Assembly (NCBI RefSeq): GCF_001194135.2 | Contig: NC_069002.1 | Coordinates: 5,107,090-5,144,473, forward strand | Direction: 5' to 3' | DNA: 37,384 nt | Origin: Octopus bimaculoides | Taxonomy: Eukaryota | Shown: positions 1-11,413 of the stretch, piece after piece | Layout: the number at the start of each line of letters is the position of its first letter | Position numbering within the stretch: the stretch's first letter is position 1 | Program-made: the position numbers and the translations under genes | The notes under the pieces: generated by a model | The model's database searches: none | Seen by the model: only the letters and a program-made list of their open reading frames with translations | What the model was told of the DNA's origin: nothing

Positions 1-568
1 AAGTGTATATGTATATACATAAATGCGTACAGACACAGCAAATGTAGTTGATTGAATATAAGAATTCCTCATCACGTAATGTTTACCCTTCTAATTGTTA
101 ATAAGAACAACACAAATTTCGGAATAATTATATTTATTTCGTTGCATAAGTGCATATGTATGCACACACACACACACGCACGCACACACACACGCACGCA
201 CACACACACGCACGCACACACACGCACTCGCACACATACACACATACATAGATATACATGCATACACTTATATATATACATACATATACATGCATGCATA
301 CTTATATAAATATAAATACACACACCCACACACATATATATATACATATATATATATATATAGATAGATACATATATGTATATATATGTAAATGTGTGGC
401 ACACACATTTGTAAGCATATTTATATACTTTCCTATCAGTATATACATCGATACATCAATTTATTTTTTAGAGCTCTATGCATATATGTGTGAGCATCAC
501 TCTGCGTGTACACATGCATATACACACCTAACAAAGTATAAGCGTATGCAGGTTTATATGCATCTATG

Positions 569-599
<31 letters not shown>

Positions 600-1122
600 A
601 TATATATATTTAAAGAATGTAGTTGTGTAAAGCTGGAAGAATGTGAGAAGGAACAAAATATACTAGAAAATTAAAAGAAAATAGGACAAAGTTGAAATTT
701 TACTATGTATTTCTATATTTCGGGTTGAAGAGTCCCTATTCAAAAGATTCGGAAAAGCCGAATGTCCTGAAAAATAGAAATCCAAGGAAAAATAAAAAAA
801 ATTGTTCTGTTTCACTTTTTATTTGGTAGTTTTCTTTGTACCTTCTCGCGTATAAATATATACATGCATACACACATGCACATATATATATATATGTATA
901 TATAAATTATATGTGTGTATATGTATACATTTTTATCTACACACACACGCACAAGCATACAAATATATATATGCATACGTATGCGCTTATATTATATGCA
1001 TATATCTTATACGGGTATATAATATATATACGCATATATATGCGTATATATTATGTATATATATAAATAGGTGCGTGTGCTTGTAGATATGTGTATGTGT
1101 ATATGAGTGTTTTGATGTGTTA

Positions 1123-1163
1123 TTTATTTAGAATCTGACACCTTATTTTTTCCAAAATTTATT
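1123..1163 (-). terminator. Candidate polyadenylation signals (AATAAA on minus strand) for the receptor mRNA
   Basis: TTTATT on the plus strand at 1123-1128 and 1158-1163, ~0.8 kb past the stop. Such hexamers are common in AT-rich DNA. Confidence 0.25.
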
Positions 1164-1338
1164 ATCACTTTAGAATAACAAGAACACATTATTAATATAT
1201 TGTCTGATTGCTGCACACTGGCCGTTCAATCTCGTCTCGTTTCCTTTGCATTTAAGAACCATAATTCGTGACTGGGAAAATGAAAATATTTAGTTAAACA
1301 AATATATAAATATACAAATATATATATGTGTGTGAGAG

Positions 1339-1422
<84 letters not shown>

Positions 1423-1822
1423 TATATATATATATATATGTACGTATAAACAAACAAACGGTAATCACATTGAAATATGTTCACTTTTGATAACGTATAG
1501 ATATTCATATACATGGCTGACCGCAAACGAATCAGCATAACAAAGGAAGAAATACAAAATGGCGGAATGATGAACTGGGTGAAAAAACATCGGTGATCTT
1601 GTGTCCAAAGTTTGAAGTTGTGGGGCGAAATTAAGGGTAGATTTTTAACCAGCGTAAAGAGTACAACCAATGGCTGATGTGATTGCTACTCATAGGTATA
1701 TACACTCGCTGTGTCTCTCATGTATGTACATGAAGGATAATCGAACAAAATGACATTTGGGTCGTGAAAAGTAATTTTTTTTAGCAGGTATGCAAAACGT
1801 GAGGGAGAAAGTGATCGAGAGT

Positions 1823-1963
<141 letters not shown>

Positions 1964-1979
1964 AGTGAAATAGCCAACC

Positions 1980-3692
1980 TTAAAATTCCGAGAGGCTATC
2001 ACTCTCTCTGAGAACCGAATGAATTTGTGTACTTCGCTGAATATGACTGGTAGTTTCTTTAGCATTTTGAAACGTGTACTTCCTACACGTCAGCAACATT
2101 TTAAATGCGTACCGGAAGTCACGTGAAAACATGGCGTAGATACAAGGATTTACGGCAGAGTTACAATAACCCAACCAAATAAAAATTGAGAACATAAGCG
2201 GCGGTATGCAGTCTATACAGAACGCCTCGATTAAATACATTGTAAAAAACGGAAGCCAGCACAATATAAATGCGCCAACGATAATAGCTAATGTCTTGGC
2301 AGCTTTAGTCTCTCGTTTGAACTTACTTCGATTGGTTTTAGCATGTTTACGGACTACTTTGAAATTGAAACCCGCCGATCGTCTCCGGTTTTGATCACCG
2401 GGCGTCAATAACCCGAGTCTTTGTTTTTCTTCTGAGTTGTTGCTTTGTTCGTTGAGTTCGTAAGCGGTTTGGTTCATTTCAATTATGTCACTTCCGCTGG
2501 AAATCGACGCTGTATCCACTGAAGGATTCTTGCAGACTTGTGTTAATGAACTGCTCATGTTTACGTTAATTGGTGACATCAACGGAAATTTTGGGCTCTG
2601 GAATTTCTTAAAAGTATGAACATATCCTTTGGAACAAGTCTTTTCAGAGGCCAGTTTCTTCTTGATTTTTGTTTTTCTATGCGATGTGGGTTGTTGCGTG
2701 TTTTGCTTGTGTTTTTTCGCCTGAGGGTTGTTATCATCATCGCAGTGAATATCTTTATTAGTTTCTTTTCTTTTCTTATCTTTCCAGTTTGCCGTGTTGT
2801 TATAGCCGCGGCCACGATGAATACGTAGCGTAATCGACATGTTATTTGTCGCGTTTTCACCTTCAGTTTTCGTGGTTAATGTTCCTTTCCGCAGGGCAGC
2901 GGCTGTTTCGACGGCTGTTTTATAGATTCTTATATAGAAAAACGCCATGACGCACATTGGCAAATAGAATGAACCAATCGAAGAATAGATTCGATAACCT
3001 TTCGAAGTTGTTAACACACAAGAAAGATACGATAAATCAGTACAGTTAGCGTTAATATGATCTGTTTCAACACCGCCACTGCCCTCATAGTCGTAGTTAT
3101 CGGGTAGCATAGCAAAATGCTGGCTATTATTTTGTTGATAAATGTTGTTTAGAACGTCTATTGAATAGTTTCGGTTAATCGTTTTGGAAGTACTTACATT
3201 ATTTGCTCCCCAGTTGATCAATGGGGGCATACAGACGATAAAAGCCAACGCCCAGACTCCAGCGATAAGTATCTTGGCTCGCTTTCGTGACATGAGACTA
3301 GGATAGCGAATGGGGTGCATGACAGCAATATATCGGTCAAGACTGATAGCCATCAAGTTTAGAATTGAAGCTGTGGACAACCATACGTCAATAGCAAGCC
3401 AAATACTACACCAGGTACTGCCAAATATCCACACATGTACCAATTCCAGTACTATAGCGAATGGTAGGATTGCTATTCCAAGAAAAAGATCAGCGAACGC
3501 CAGCGATACAATAAACAAATTTGTAACACTGCGAAGTTTCTTGCACTTAGCAACAGTTACCACGACCAGAACGTTCCCAGCTATGACCAGGAAATTTACA
3601 GAGAGTAGGATAATAAGCAACAGGCCAAATTTCACCGTCCTGGTGTCTGCCCAGAGGTCATCAGCTGTTAGACATTCCAACTTGGTGTCCAT
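1980..3692 (-). CDS. Oamb: Intronless class A aminergic GPCR, alpha-adrenergic-like octopamine receptor (OAMB / Lym-oa1 type), 570 aa
   Basis: Seven hydrophobic segments with GNxLV (TM1), SLAFADL (TM2), D102 (3.32) and LDRY (TM3), W and PP in TM4, SFYLP (TM5), a long basic ICL3, RETKAAKTLAIIVG...CWLPFFTMY (TM6) and WLGYCNSAVNPCIY...FSRDFR (TM7/H8). WLAIDVW, RETKAAKTL, FFTMYL and NPCIYAxFSxDFR match insect/mollusc alpha1-like octopamine receptors better than Dop1R2/DAMB (from recalled family motifs, no search run). In-frame TGA 9 nt upstream of the ATG, good Kozak context (acaATGG), TAA stop at 1980-1982. Confidence 0.93.
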   Translation of the reverse strand: MDTKLECLTADDLWADTRTVKFGLLLIILLSVNFLVIAGNVLVVVTVAKCKKLRSVTNLFIVSLAFADLFLGIAILPFAIVLELVHVWIFGSTWCSIWLAIDVWLSTASILNLMAISLDRYIAVMHPIRYPSLMSRKRAKILIAGVWALAFIVCMPPLINWGANNVSTSKTINRNYSIDVLNNIYQQNNSQHFAMLPDNYDYEGSGGVETDHINANCTDLSYLSCVLTTSKGYRIYSSIGSFYLPMCVMAFFYIRIYKTAVETAAALRKGTLTTKTEGENATNNMSITLRIHRGRGYNNTANWKDKKRKETNKDIHCDDDNNPQAKKHKQNTQQPTSHRKTKIKKKLASEKTCSKGYVHTFKKFQSPKFPLMSPINVNMSSSLTQVCKNPSVDTASISSGSDIIEMNQTAYELNEQSNNSEEKQRLGLLTPGDQNRRRSAGFNFKVVRKHAKTNRSKFKRETKAAKTLAIIVGAFILCWLPFFTMYLIEAFCIDCIPPLMFSIFIWLGYCNSAVNPCIYAMFSRDFRYAFKMLLTCRKYTFQNAKETTSHIQRSTQIHSVLRESDSLSEF

Positions 3693-5001
3693 TGTGAGTC
3701 AAACCCAGCCGTTTCGCTTAAACACAAAAACATTAATATTTCACTTGGTCTCCACTTGCATGACAACGTAAAGGAAACAATTATATAGGAATTGTTGAAA
3801 AAGCAGAAGGGGACCAGAAAGATTGCAAAAAGAGTTGAAGGAAAGGATTCTTGAAGGATACGTTGATGATTTTCTAGCAGTCATTGCAATCTTAATATTT
3901 ATCCATGAAGTTCTAAAGTGAATTTGGTTCCACAATGACATTTGTCTTTTAAGAAAGTTAGAGTCGATAATTTTAAGACATGGAACATTAAAAAGCTAAT
4001 TAGCAATACTCATATACTGAAGAATAAACGATATTAGTCGATGACAAATAGTGTTTACATTTCCTAGCTGGAGCAGGATACAACATCGGACAATCATTTC
4101 GGTCTTATTCTGACCTCGTCAAGGAAGAATAAATTTAAAACAAAAATTCTTCTTTTAACCCAGTTTCTTTCAGTCAAAGTGTAGAATCCACTGGTCAAAC
4201 AAACGTTCACATAAGTGAGATTTACAACATTTTCATAATAACTGATAAATATATAGTTTAGATAGCTTTTTTCCTCATATTTTCTTTTTTTTTTTTTTAA
4301 TATTCTACGAATATAAAACTCGCCAAACAGAAAATATATACCGATATTTTTTTATGACATTAATTCGACGATCGTAAATTTTTTCTACTTTCATTATTAT
4401 TATCCATTCAAAATCTTGATCAATCACAACCTCAGCTTTCAAAATCTTTCGAAGTTTTCAAAATGGAGATAAGCTTTTATATTCTTGGTTTTCGTAAAAT
4501 TTTACGTATCTCTCTTTTTGGCTCCAATTTATTTCGGTTTGGTTTATTCCCATTATAATTTCTGAGTTGCAATCAAACCCAAACTGGACATTCGTCAATG
4601 TCTGTNNNNNNNNNNNNNNNNNNNNNNNNNNNNNNNNNNNNNNNNNNNNNNNNNNNNNNNNNNNNNNNNNNNNNNNNNNNNNNNNNNNNNNNNNNNNNNN
4701 NNNNNNNNNNNNNNNNNNNNNNNNNNNNNNNNNNNNNNNNNNNNNNNNNNNNNNNNNNNNNNNNNNNNNNNNNNNNNNNNNNNNNNNNNNNNNNNNNNNN
4801 NNNNNNNNNNNNNNNNNNNNNNNNNNNNNNNNNNNNNNNNNNNNNNNNNNNNNNNNNNNNNNNNNNNNNNNNNNNNNNNNNNNNNNNNNNNNNNNNNNNN
4901 NNNNNNNNNNNNNNNNNNNNNNNNNNNNNNNNNNNNNNNNNNNNNNNNNNNNNNNNNNNNNNNNNNNNNNNNNNNNNNNNNNNNNNNNNNNNNNNNNNNN
5001 N

Positions 5002-5032
<31 letters not shown>

Positions 5033-6427
5033 TTCACGCTGAGAAGATAACGTAAGGAAATTACAATTTTTTTTAAAAATCAGAAATGCGTCTTTTACCA
5101 AATATACAAATAGTATTCCACATGTATTTATTTATATTTATTCTTACGAACTGTTTCTGGTTTTTATTAGCAAAATATTCCTTTAACAATGATTTTTTTT
5201 AAAACATCAATTTGAAACGAATTTTTCGTTAATGGTTTTCTTTCTTTCGTTTTTTTTTTCCTTTTGCAATCTTTTCCAAAGATTTATAGAAATCCGCTTC
5301 TCTTTATAATGGAGGAAAAACAAGAAATTATATCGAAACACAGTATGGTTTCATTTCTTATAATTCTTTTCAAGAATTTATGGAAATATATAAATATAAA
5401 ACCCTACATTTATACAATTTGCATAATTCCTTCTGCATAGATTGTTAAATTGCCCAATTACTCTTTGTTTTGTAGTAAACAGAAAATAATAATAATTCCT
5501 CTTGAATTCATGTAGGTAAATAGATTTTCGTTTAGCAGTTGAAAACCAGGTTAGCATTAGGTTTTGCGTATATAATTATATATGTACATGATTATGTATA
5601 TATGTATCTATGTACGTAACTATATATATGTATATGGTTATGTATATATGTATGTGGGTATGCAATTATGCATGTATGTATGAATATATGTTTGAATGTG
5701 TGTGTATACGTAGGTATGTGCTTGCGTCTAACTCGCTACCTCATTCTATATGTTATTTACGTAAATTCATGTATGTTTATATATATATGTATGCATATNN
5801 NNNNNNNNNNNNNNNNNNNNNNNNNNNNNNNNNNNNNNNNNNNNNNNNNNNNNNNNNNNNNNNNNNNNNNNNNNNNNNNNNNNNNNNNNNNNNNNNNNNN
5901 NNNNNNNNNNNNNNNNNNNNNNNNNNNNNNNNNNNNNNNNNNNNNNNNNNNNNNNNNNNNNNNNNNNNNATAATATATATGTATATATATATGTGAATAT
6001 TTATATATATGTACGTGTGTATATGAGAGTGAGTGCGTGCTCGTGGGATATGTATAAGAGCGGCGTGTTTGTCTGTGTTTGTTTGTATGCGTTTTATATT
6101 AAGAGGATGTTTTTGTTCGTCCTCAACTCAGAAGTTAAAAAAAAAAACTCCGAATCCTCCAATATCTAATGATAGGTAATGATATACATGATCTTGATAC
6201 CCTTGTTGATATTCCTACTGCTGTTGATAGTATTGATAATATATATAATGAGTATTATGTTATTGAAGTTGTGGATGCTGTTGAATTTGCAGCGATTGAT
6301 GCTCATTCATGCCATAAATCTGTATTAGATAATATTCAAATATACATTATCTCTTTATTCCTTTTGTATTTCTCTTATTTCTACATCAATAAGCAATGAA
6401 TTCTCCTGTGTTTTATATTCCTCAAAT

Positions 6428-6463
<36 letters not shown>

Positions 6464-7765
6464 NNNNNNNNNNNNNNNNNNNNNNNNNNNNNNNNNNNNN
6501 NNNNNNNNNNNNNNNNNNNNNNNNNNNNNNNNNNNNNNNNNNNNNNNNNNNNNNNNNNNNNNNNNNNNNNNNNNNNNNNNNNNNNNNNNNNNNNNNNNNN
6601 NNNNNNNNNNNNNNNNNNNNNNNNNNNNNNNNNNNNNNNNNNNNNNNNNNNNNNNNNNNNNNNNNNNNNNNNNNNNNNNNNNNNNNNNNNNNNNNNNNNN
6701 NNNNNNNNNNNNNNNNNNNNNNNNNNNNNNNNNNNNNNNNNNNNNNNNNNNNNNNNNNNNNNNNNNNNNNNNNNNNNNNATATATATATATGTATGTATG
6801 TATGTATGTGTTATTCTTCACGTCAACTATAGCAGAAACAACGTAGAAGTGAATCTTATCCTCTGTGGTTCTTCATATTTATTCCGTCTGTTCTCATCAT
6901 AGTGCATCTCCATGTCAGACATTCTGCAAAAAGAAAAAAAAGAAACATTATTAATCATTTGCTTTTAAAAATAATATCCAATAAAAGTAAAACAAACAAT
7001 TCAATAAAAAATATAGGAAAAACATATTAAAATAATATTTAATTAAAATAATTCTACCGCTATTCAAACAAAATTGATTTATTTATCTGCAAAACTCATT
7101 GTAAATTTATAAGCGAAATCGTCTGGACAGAAATGTGCATAAGCATATCGGATTGATCGAGGACATGAGGTTAATTGGTAAGAATGAATCCATCATTTCG
7201 GTAAATCACCACCAACTAGTCCTTGAGCCCATTTAGGGGAACCTACTAGTTGAAAATTCGAACCAAGTTTCCTGTATGAGGATAACTAAATATCTAGGTG
7301 TGTTGCTTTTTAGAGCAGCAACACCTCATTTTTGCTTATTTTAAATCTCTTTCTTGCAAGTGTTAGTAGTGTCTTTCATAGGTCCTCTGCTTGCCGCCTG
7401 ACTAAATAATGAAAACATGAAATTACTTCACACTGAGATAAAAAAAAAAGGGTATGTCAAGAATACTGACATGTAAGAAAATAATGTTTTCAGTGAAATG
7501 ATTGGAAGTTAGAACCGAAAAACCTTAGAATAACGAGAAAGACTGATAAATGAATGTATTAGAACATTAGTAGTAGTAGTAGTAATACACCATTCTGCAG
7601 AGCCGTGCTAAGATAAAGATGTAGACATGTGGTTATCGCTGCTTCGTATACAATACACATACGTATATTCTTTTATGTATATTCATACTTATGTATACAC
7701 GTACACACATACGCGCGCACGCACTCACACACACACTCACGTCTGCACACGCACACACACACACA

Positions 7766-7855
7766 CTCTCGTGTTCACACACACACACTCTCGTGTTCAC
7801 ACACACACACACTCTCGTGTTCACACACACACACTCTCGTGTTCACACACACACA
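7766..7855. repeat. Minisatellite, 4 x CTCTCGTGTT(CA)5-6
   Basis: Four exact CTCTCGTGTT cores separated by CA runs, period 20-22 bp. Confidence 0.9.
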
Positions 7856-8384
7856 TACTCACACACGCACGCACGCACACATATATGCATATGCATGGGT
7901 AGGCGTATATGTGTGTATGTTCGATTGCGTCTCTATCTCTATGTGAAATTTTTTTCTTTTTAAACTTTATGACCAGAGATTCAGTTAAATTAAAATGCAA
8001 TAGACGTTACCATGAACAAAAATGTAAAAACAGAACAGAATAAATAAATAAATAAATGAATACAAAAAGTAGAAAGGAGAACGTAAAATATTCGTTCTAC
8101 GGCAGACATCTTGCTTGATAAGTAAAACATTCTAAAAAGTTAAATCGTACTTTGTATTATCTTATTTTTGTTTTGCATTTTCTGTCTGGCACCTGAGAGA
8201 CCATTAGCTTTATCTACTGCTTAGTATATAAGCTTATTGGTCCGTAATGTTGCAACACCAGATCGAAGTATAAGTAACCTCTGTGGTCTTAGTTATCCAT
8301 TGAAAAGTTGGCGTCAGTTGAATCAATGGAATGGTAAAAAGTAATGCCATGCTGAACGGTCTCTTTGAACTAGTTACATAAAAT

Positions 8385-8598
8385 TGGTTTCAAATTTTGG
8401 CATAAGGCCTGCAATTTCGTGGGAGGCGGGGGTAAGACGATTATATCCACTCCGCTGTTCAGCTCGTATTTCTTTTATCGACTCTGAAAGGATCAAATGT
8501 TTGGCGACCTCGGAGGAATTCGAACTGAGAGCGTAAACCCGGAAGAAATGCTGCTAAGCGTTGTATCTGGCTGCTAACGATTCTGCCAGCTCACCACC

Positions 8599-8599
<1 letters not shown>
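8385..8599 (-). mobile_element. tRNA-derived SINE, family B
   Basis: Minus strand starts GGTGGTGAGCTGGCAGAATCGTTAGC (A-box-like) with CAGTTCGAATTCC (B-box-like). Homologous to 8654-8868, 20280-20460, 22961-23076 and 26662-26815. Confidence 0.8.

Positions 8600-8653
<54 letters not shown>
8600..8653. repeat. (TAA)18, the (TTA)n tail of the adjacent minus-strand SINE
   Basis: Perfect trinucleotide run between two SINE copies. Confidence 0.95.
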
Positions 8654-8655
<2 letters not shown>

Positions 8656-8868
8656 GTTTCAAATTTTGCCACAAGGGCAGAAATTTTTTGGGAGGAGATG
8701 AGTCGATTACATCGACCCCAGTGTCCAACTGCTACTTAATTTATCGGTCCCGAAAGGATGAAAGGGAAAGTCGACCTCGGCGGAATTTGAACACAGAACC
8801 AAGCGACAGACGAAATACCGTTAAGCATTTTTCCCGGCGTGCTAACGATTCTGCCATCGACTGCTTTC
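8654..8868 (-). mobile_element. tRNA-derived SINE, family B
   Basis: Contains GTCGACCTCGGCGGAATTTGAAC and GCTAACGATTCTGCCA, collinear with the 8385-8599 copy, with a (TTA)n tail. Confidence 0.85.
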
Positions 8869-8869
8869 A

Positions 8870-9127
8870 CAAACGAGAATACTAAAAATGAACCCGACCG
8901 CTCTCAAAAATTAAGTAAAAAAACCCAGAAAAACTAACCCAGAATCTTTGTCCGGTATCGGATCGATCCCAAAATCTAATCAGTTCGTGTCAGTCACAAG
9001 GCCAAACATACCTGAAAGTTTCATCCGAATCCATGCAGCCGTTCTTGAGATATCTTGTCCACAGACAAGCAAACAAACAAACACGACTGAAGACGATACC
9101 TCAGCCTTCGCCAAGGAGGAGATAATA
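8870..9127 (+). mobile_element. Putative non-autonomous Helentron-associated (HINE/DINE-1-like) element
   Basis: Core CCAAAATCTAATCAGTTC...AAAGTTTCATCCGAATCC...TTCTTGAGATATCTTG, then an (ACAA)n microsatellite, then a 3' hairpin CCTCAGCCTT-CGCC-AAGGAGG followed by AGATAAT. This layout resembles HINEs; subterminal inverted repeats were not identified. Confidence 0.45.
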
Positions 9128-9462
9128 CGTTTCTATGCATGAAAACGAAACTTCTTAAGCGTTAATGTAGTTTACATATAATTATATACTTGCATGTTCT
9201 ATACATACAATTATAAACACCTACGTTATATCATTATGTTACATTGTATAAAAAAATTGTACACTTCTAGATTTTATATTATATAATCACTTGTAAAGCT
9301 ATATTTTATATTAGATATCGTATTATGTATGAATACGTTACATTCCAGTTATAAACCTTGACTTCATATTATATATACAGTTACACATTTAGACTATATC
9401 ATATGTATAGATATACATCTATATGTTTTATCTGTCCATTTATCTACCTATCTAACTACCTG

Positions 9463-9532
<70 letters not shown>

Positions 9533-10783
9533 CAACTGTCTGACTGTCTGCCTGTCTATCTAACTGTCTGTCTGTATGTGTGTGCATGCATCTATATGTA
9601 TACATGAAATTATGCACATTCAGCTACATATTTTGAGATATCAGCATTATTCTCTTTGCCTGCATATTTACATCTTTCCACCATTTTCGTTTGACCTGTC
9701 TCTCCTCTCCTTGACACACAGCGTGCTGCACATACATACAACTCTCTACCTCTCCCCCTTTCCCTCTGTATATATATATATATATNNNNNNNNNNNNNNN
9801 NNNNNNNNNNNNNNNNNNNNNNNNNNNNNNNNNNNNNNNNNNNNNNNNNNNNNNNNNNNNNNNNNNNNNNNNNNNNNNNNNNNNNNNNNNNNNNNNNNNN
9901 NNNNNNNNNNNNNNNNNNNNNNNNNNNNNNNNNNNNNNNNNNNNNNNNNNNNNNNNNNNNNNNNNNNNNNNNNNNNNNNNNNNNNNNNNNNNNNNNNNNN
10001 NNNNNNNNNNNNNNNNNNNNNNNNNNNNNNNNNNNNNNNNNNNNNNNNNNNNNNNNNNNNNNNNNNNNNNNNNNNNNNNNNNNNNNNNNNNNNNNNNNNN
10101 NNNNNNNNNNNNNNNNNNNNNNNNNNNNNNNNNNNNNNNNNNNNNNNNNNNNNNNNNNNNNNNNNNNNNNNNNNNNNNNNNNNNNNNNNNNNNNNNNNNN
10201 NNNNNNNNNNNNNNNNNNNNNNNNNNNNNNNNNNNNNNNNNNNNNNNNNNNNNNNNNNNNNNNNNNNNNNNNNNNNNNNNNNNNNNNNNNNNNNNNNNNN
10301 NNNNNNNNNNNNNNNNNNNNNNNNNNNNNNNNNNNNNNNNNNNNNNNNNNNNNNNNNNNNNNNNNNNNNNNNNNNNNNNNNNNNNNNNNNNNNNNNNNNN
10401 NNNNNNNNNNNNNNNNNNNNNNNNNNNNNNNNNNNNNNNNNNNNNNNNNNNNNNNNNNNNNNNNNNNNNNNNNNNNNNNNNNNNNNNNNNNNNNNNNNNN
10501 NNNNNNNNNNNNNNNNNNNNNNNNNNNNNNNNNNNNNNNNNNNNNNNNNNNNNNNNNNNNNNNNNNNNNNNNNNNNNNNNNNNNNNNNNNNNNNNNNNNN
10601 NNNNNNNNNNNNNNNNNNNNNNNNNNNNNNNNNNNNNNNNNNNNNNNNNNNNNNNNNNNNNNNNNNNNNNNNNNNNNNNNNNNNNNNNNNNNNNNNNNNN
10701 NNNNNNNNNNNNNNNNNNNNNNNNNNNNNNNNNNNNNNNNNNNNNNNNNNNNNNNNNNNNNNNNNNNNNNNNNNNNNNNNNNN

Positions 10784-10817
<34 letters not shown>

Positions 10818-11172
10818 TATATATGCACATATGTACATGCATATATATATACACTCAAGCATATACGTATTTATAGTGTGAAGGAGGAAGAGCGATAGGT
10901 GTGTTGGTTAAAATAGAAGAGAGTTGGTGAGAAATTATGGAAGTTAATGTTTGGTTTCTTTGGAAGCTAAAAGTCAGCCGACTTTTTGATGTTCGGAGCT
11001 TTTGTGTAATCTAGTCAGTTCTCTAGATAATATATAATCTGGTTGGTGCTGAGAGAGAAGATTCCAGTACTCCACCCTGACTTCCATTAGATTTACCATC
11101 GCACCAAAATTGCATTAGAGACTTCTCAACGCACGAGGTGCGAGACGAGGAGAGAAGATTGATGGAAAAATA

Positions 11173-11177
11173 ATGAA

Positions 11178-11219
<42 letters not shown>

Positions 11220-11350
11220 GATAATGTATATATATTTTTATGTAATAACAATAAAAACAAACAGCACAAACTACCATGATGACGGCAATGACGACGGCGT
11301 TGATGATGTCGATGATGGTGGTGATGATGATGATGATAATGCTGAGGATT

Positions 11351-11410
<60 letters not shown>
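11173..11410. repeat. Compound (GAT)n microsatellite
   Basis: Long GAT runs producing the poly-M/poly-D/poly-H pseudo-ORFs. A second block lies at ~11690-11770. Confidence 0.95.

Positions 11411-11413
<3 letters not shown>

Noticed and set aside
2206-3771. Plus-strand ORFs (62, 70, 153 aa) and the alternate-frame minus ORF overlapping the receptor
   Set aside because: Antisense or out-of-frame shadows of the GPCR CDS with no recognisable domain.
6169-6399. 76-aa acidic ORF (MIGNDIHDLDTLVD...)
   Set aside because: Decayed GAT/GTT trinucleotide sequence giving D/V/I bias; no splice or family support.
7766-7855. CRISPR-like repeat array
   Set aside because: Eukaryotic context; the spacers are just CA runs; no cas genes.
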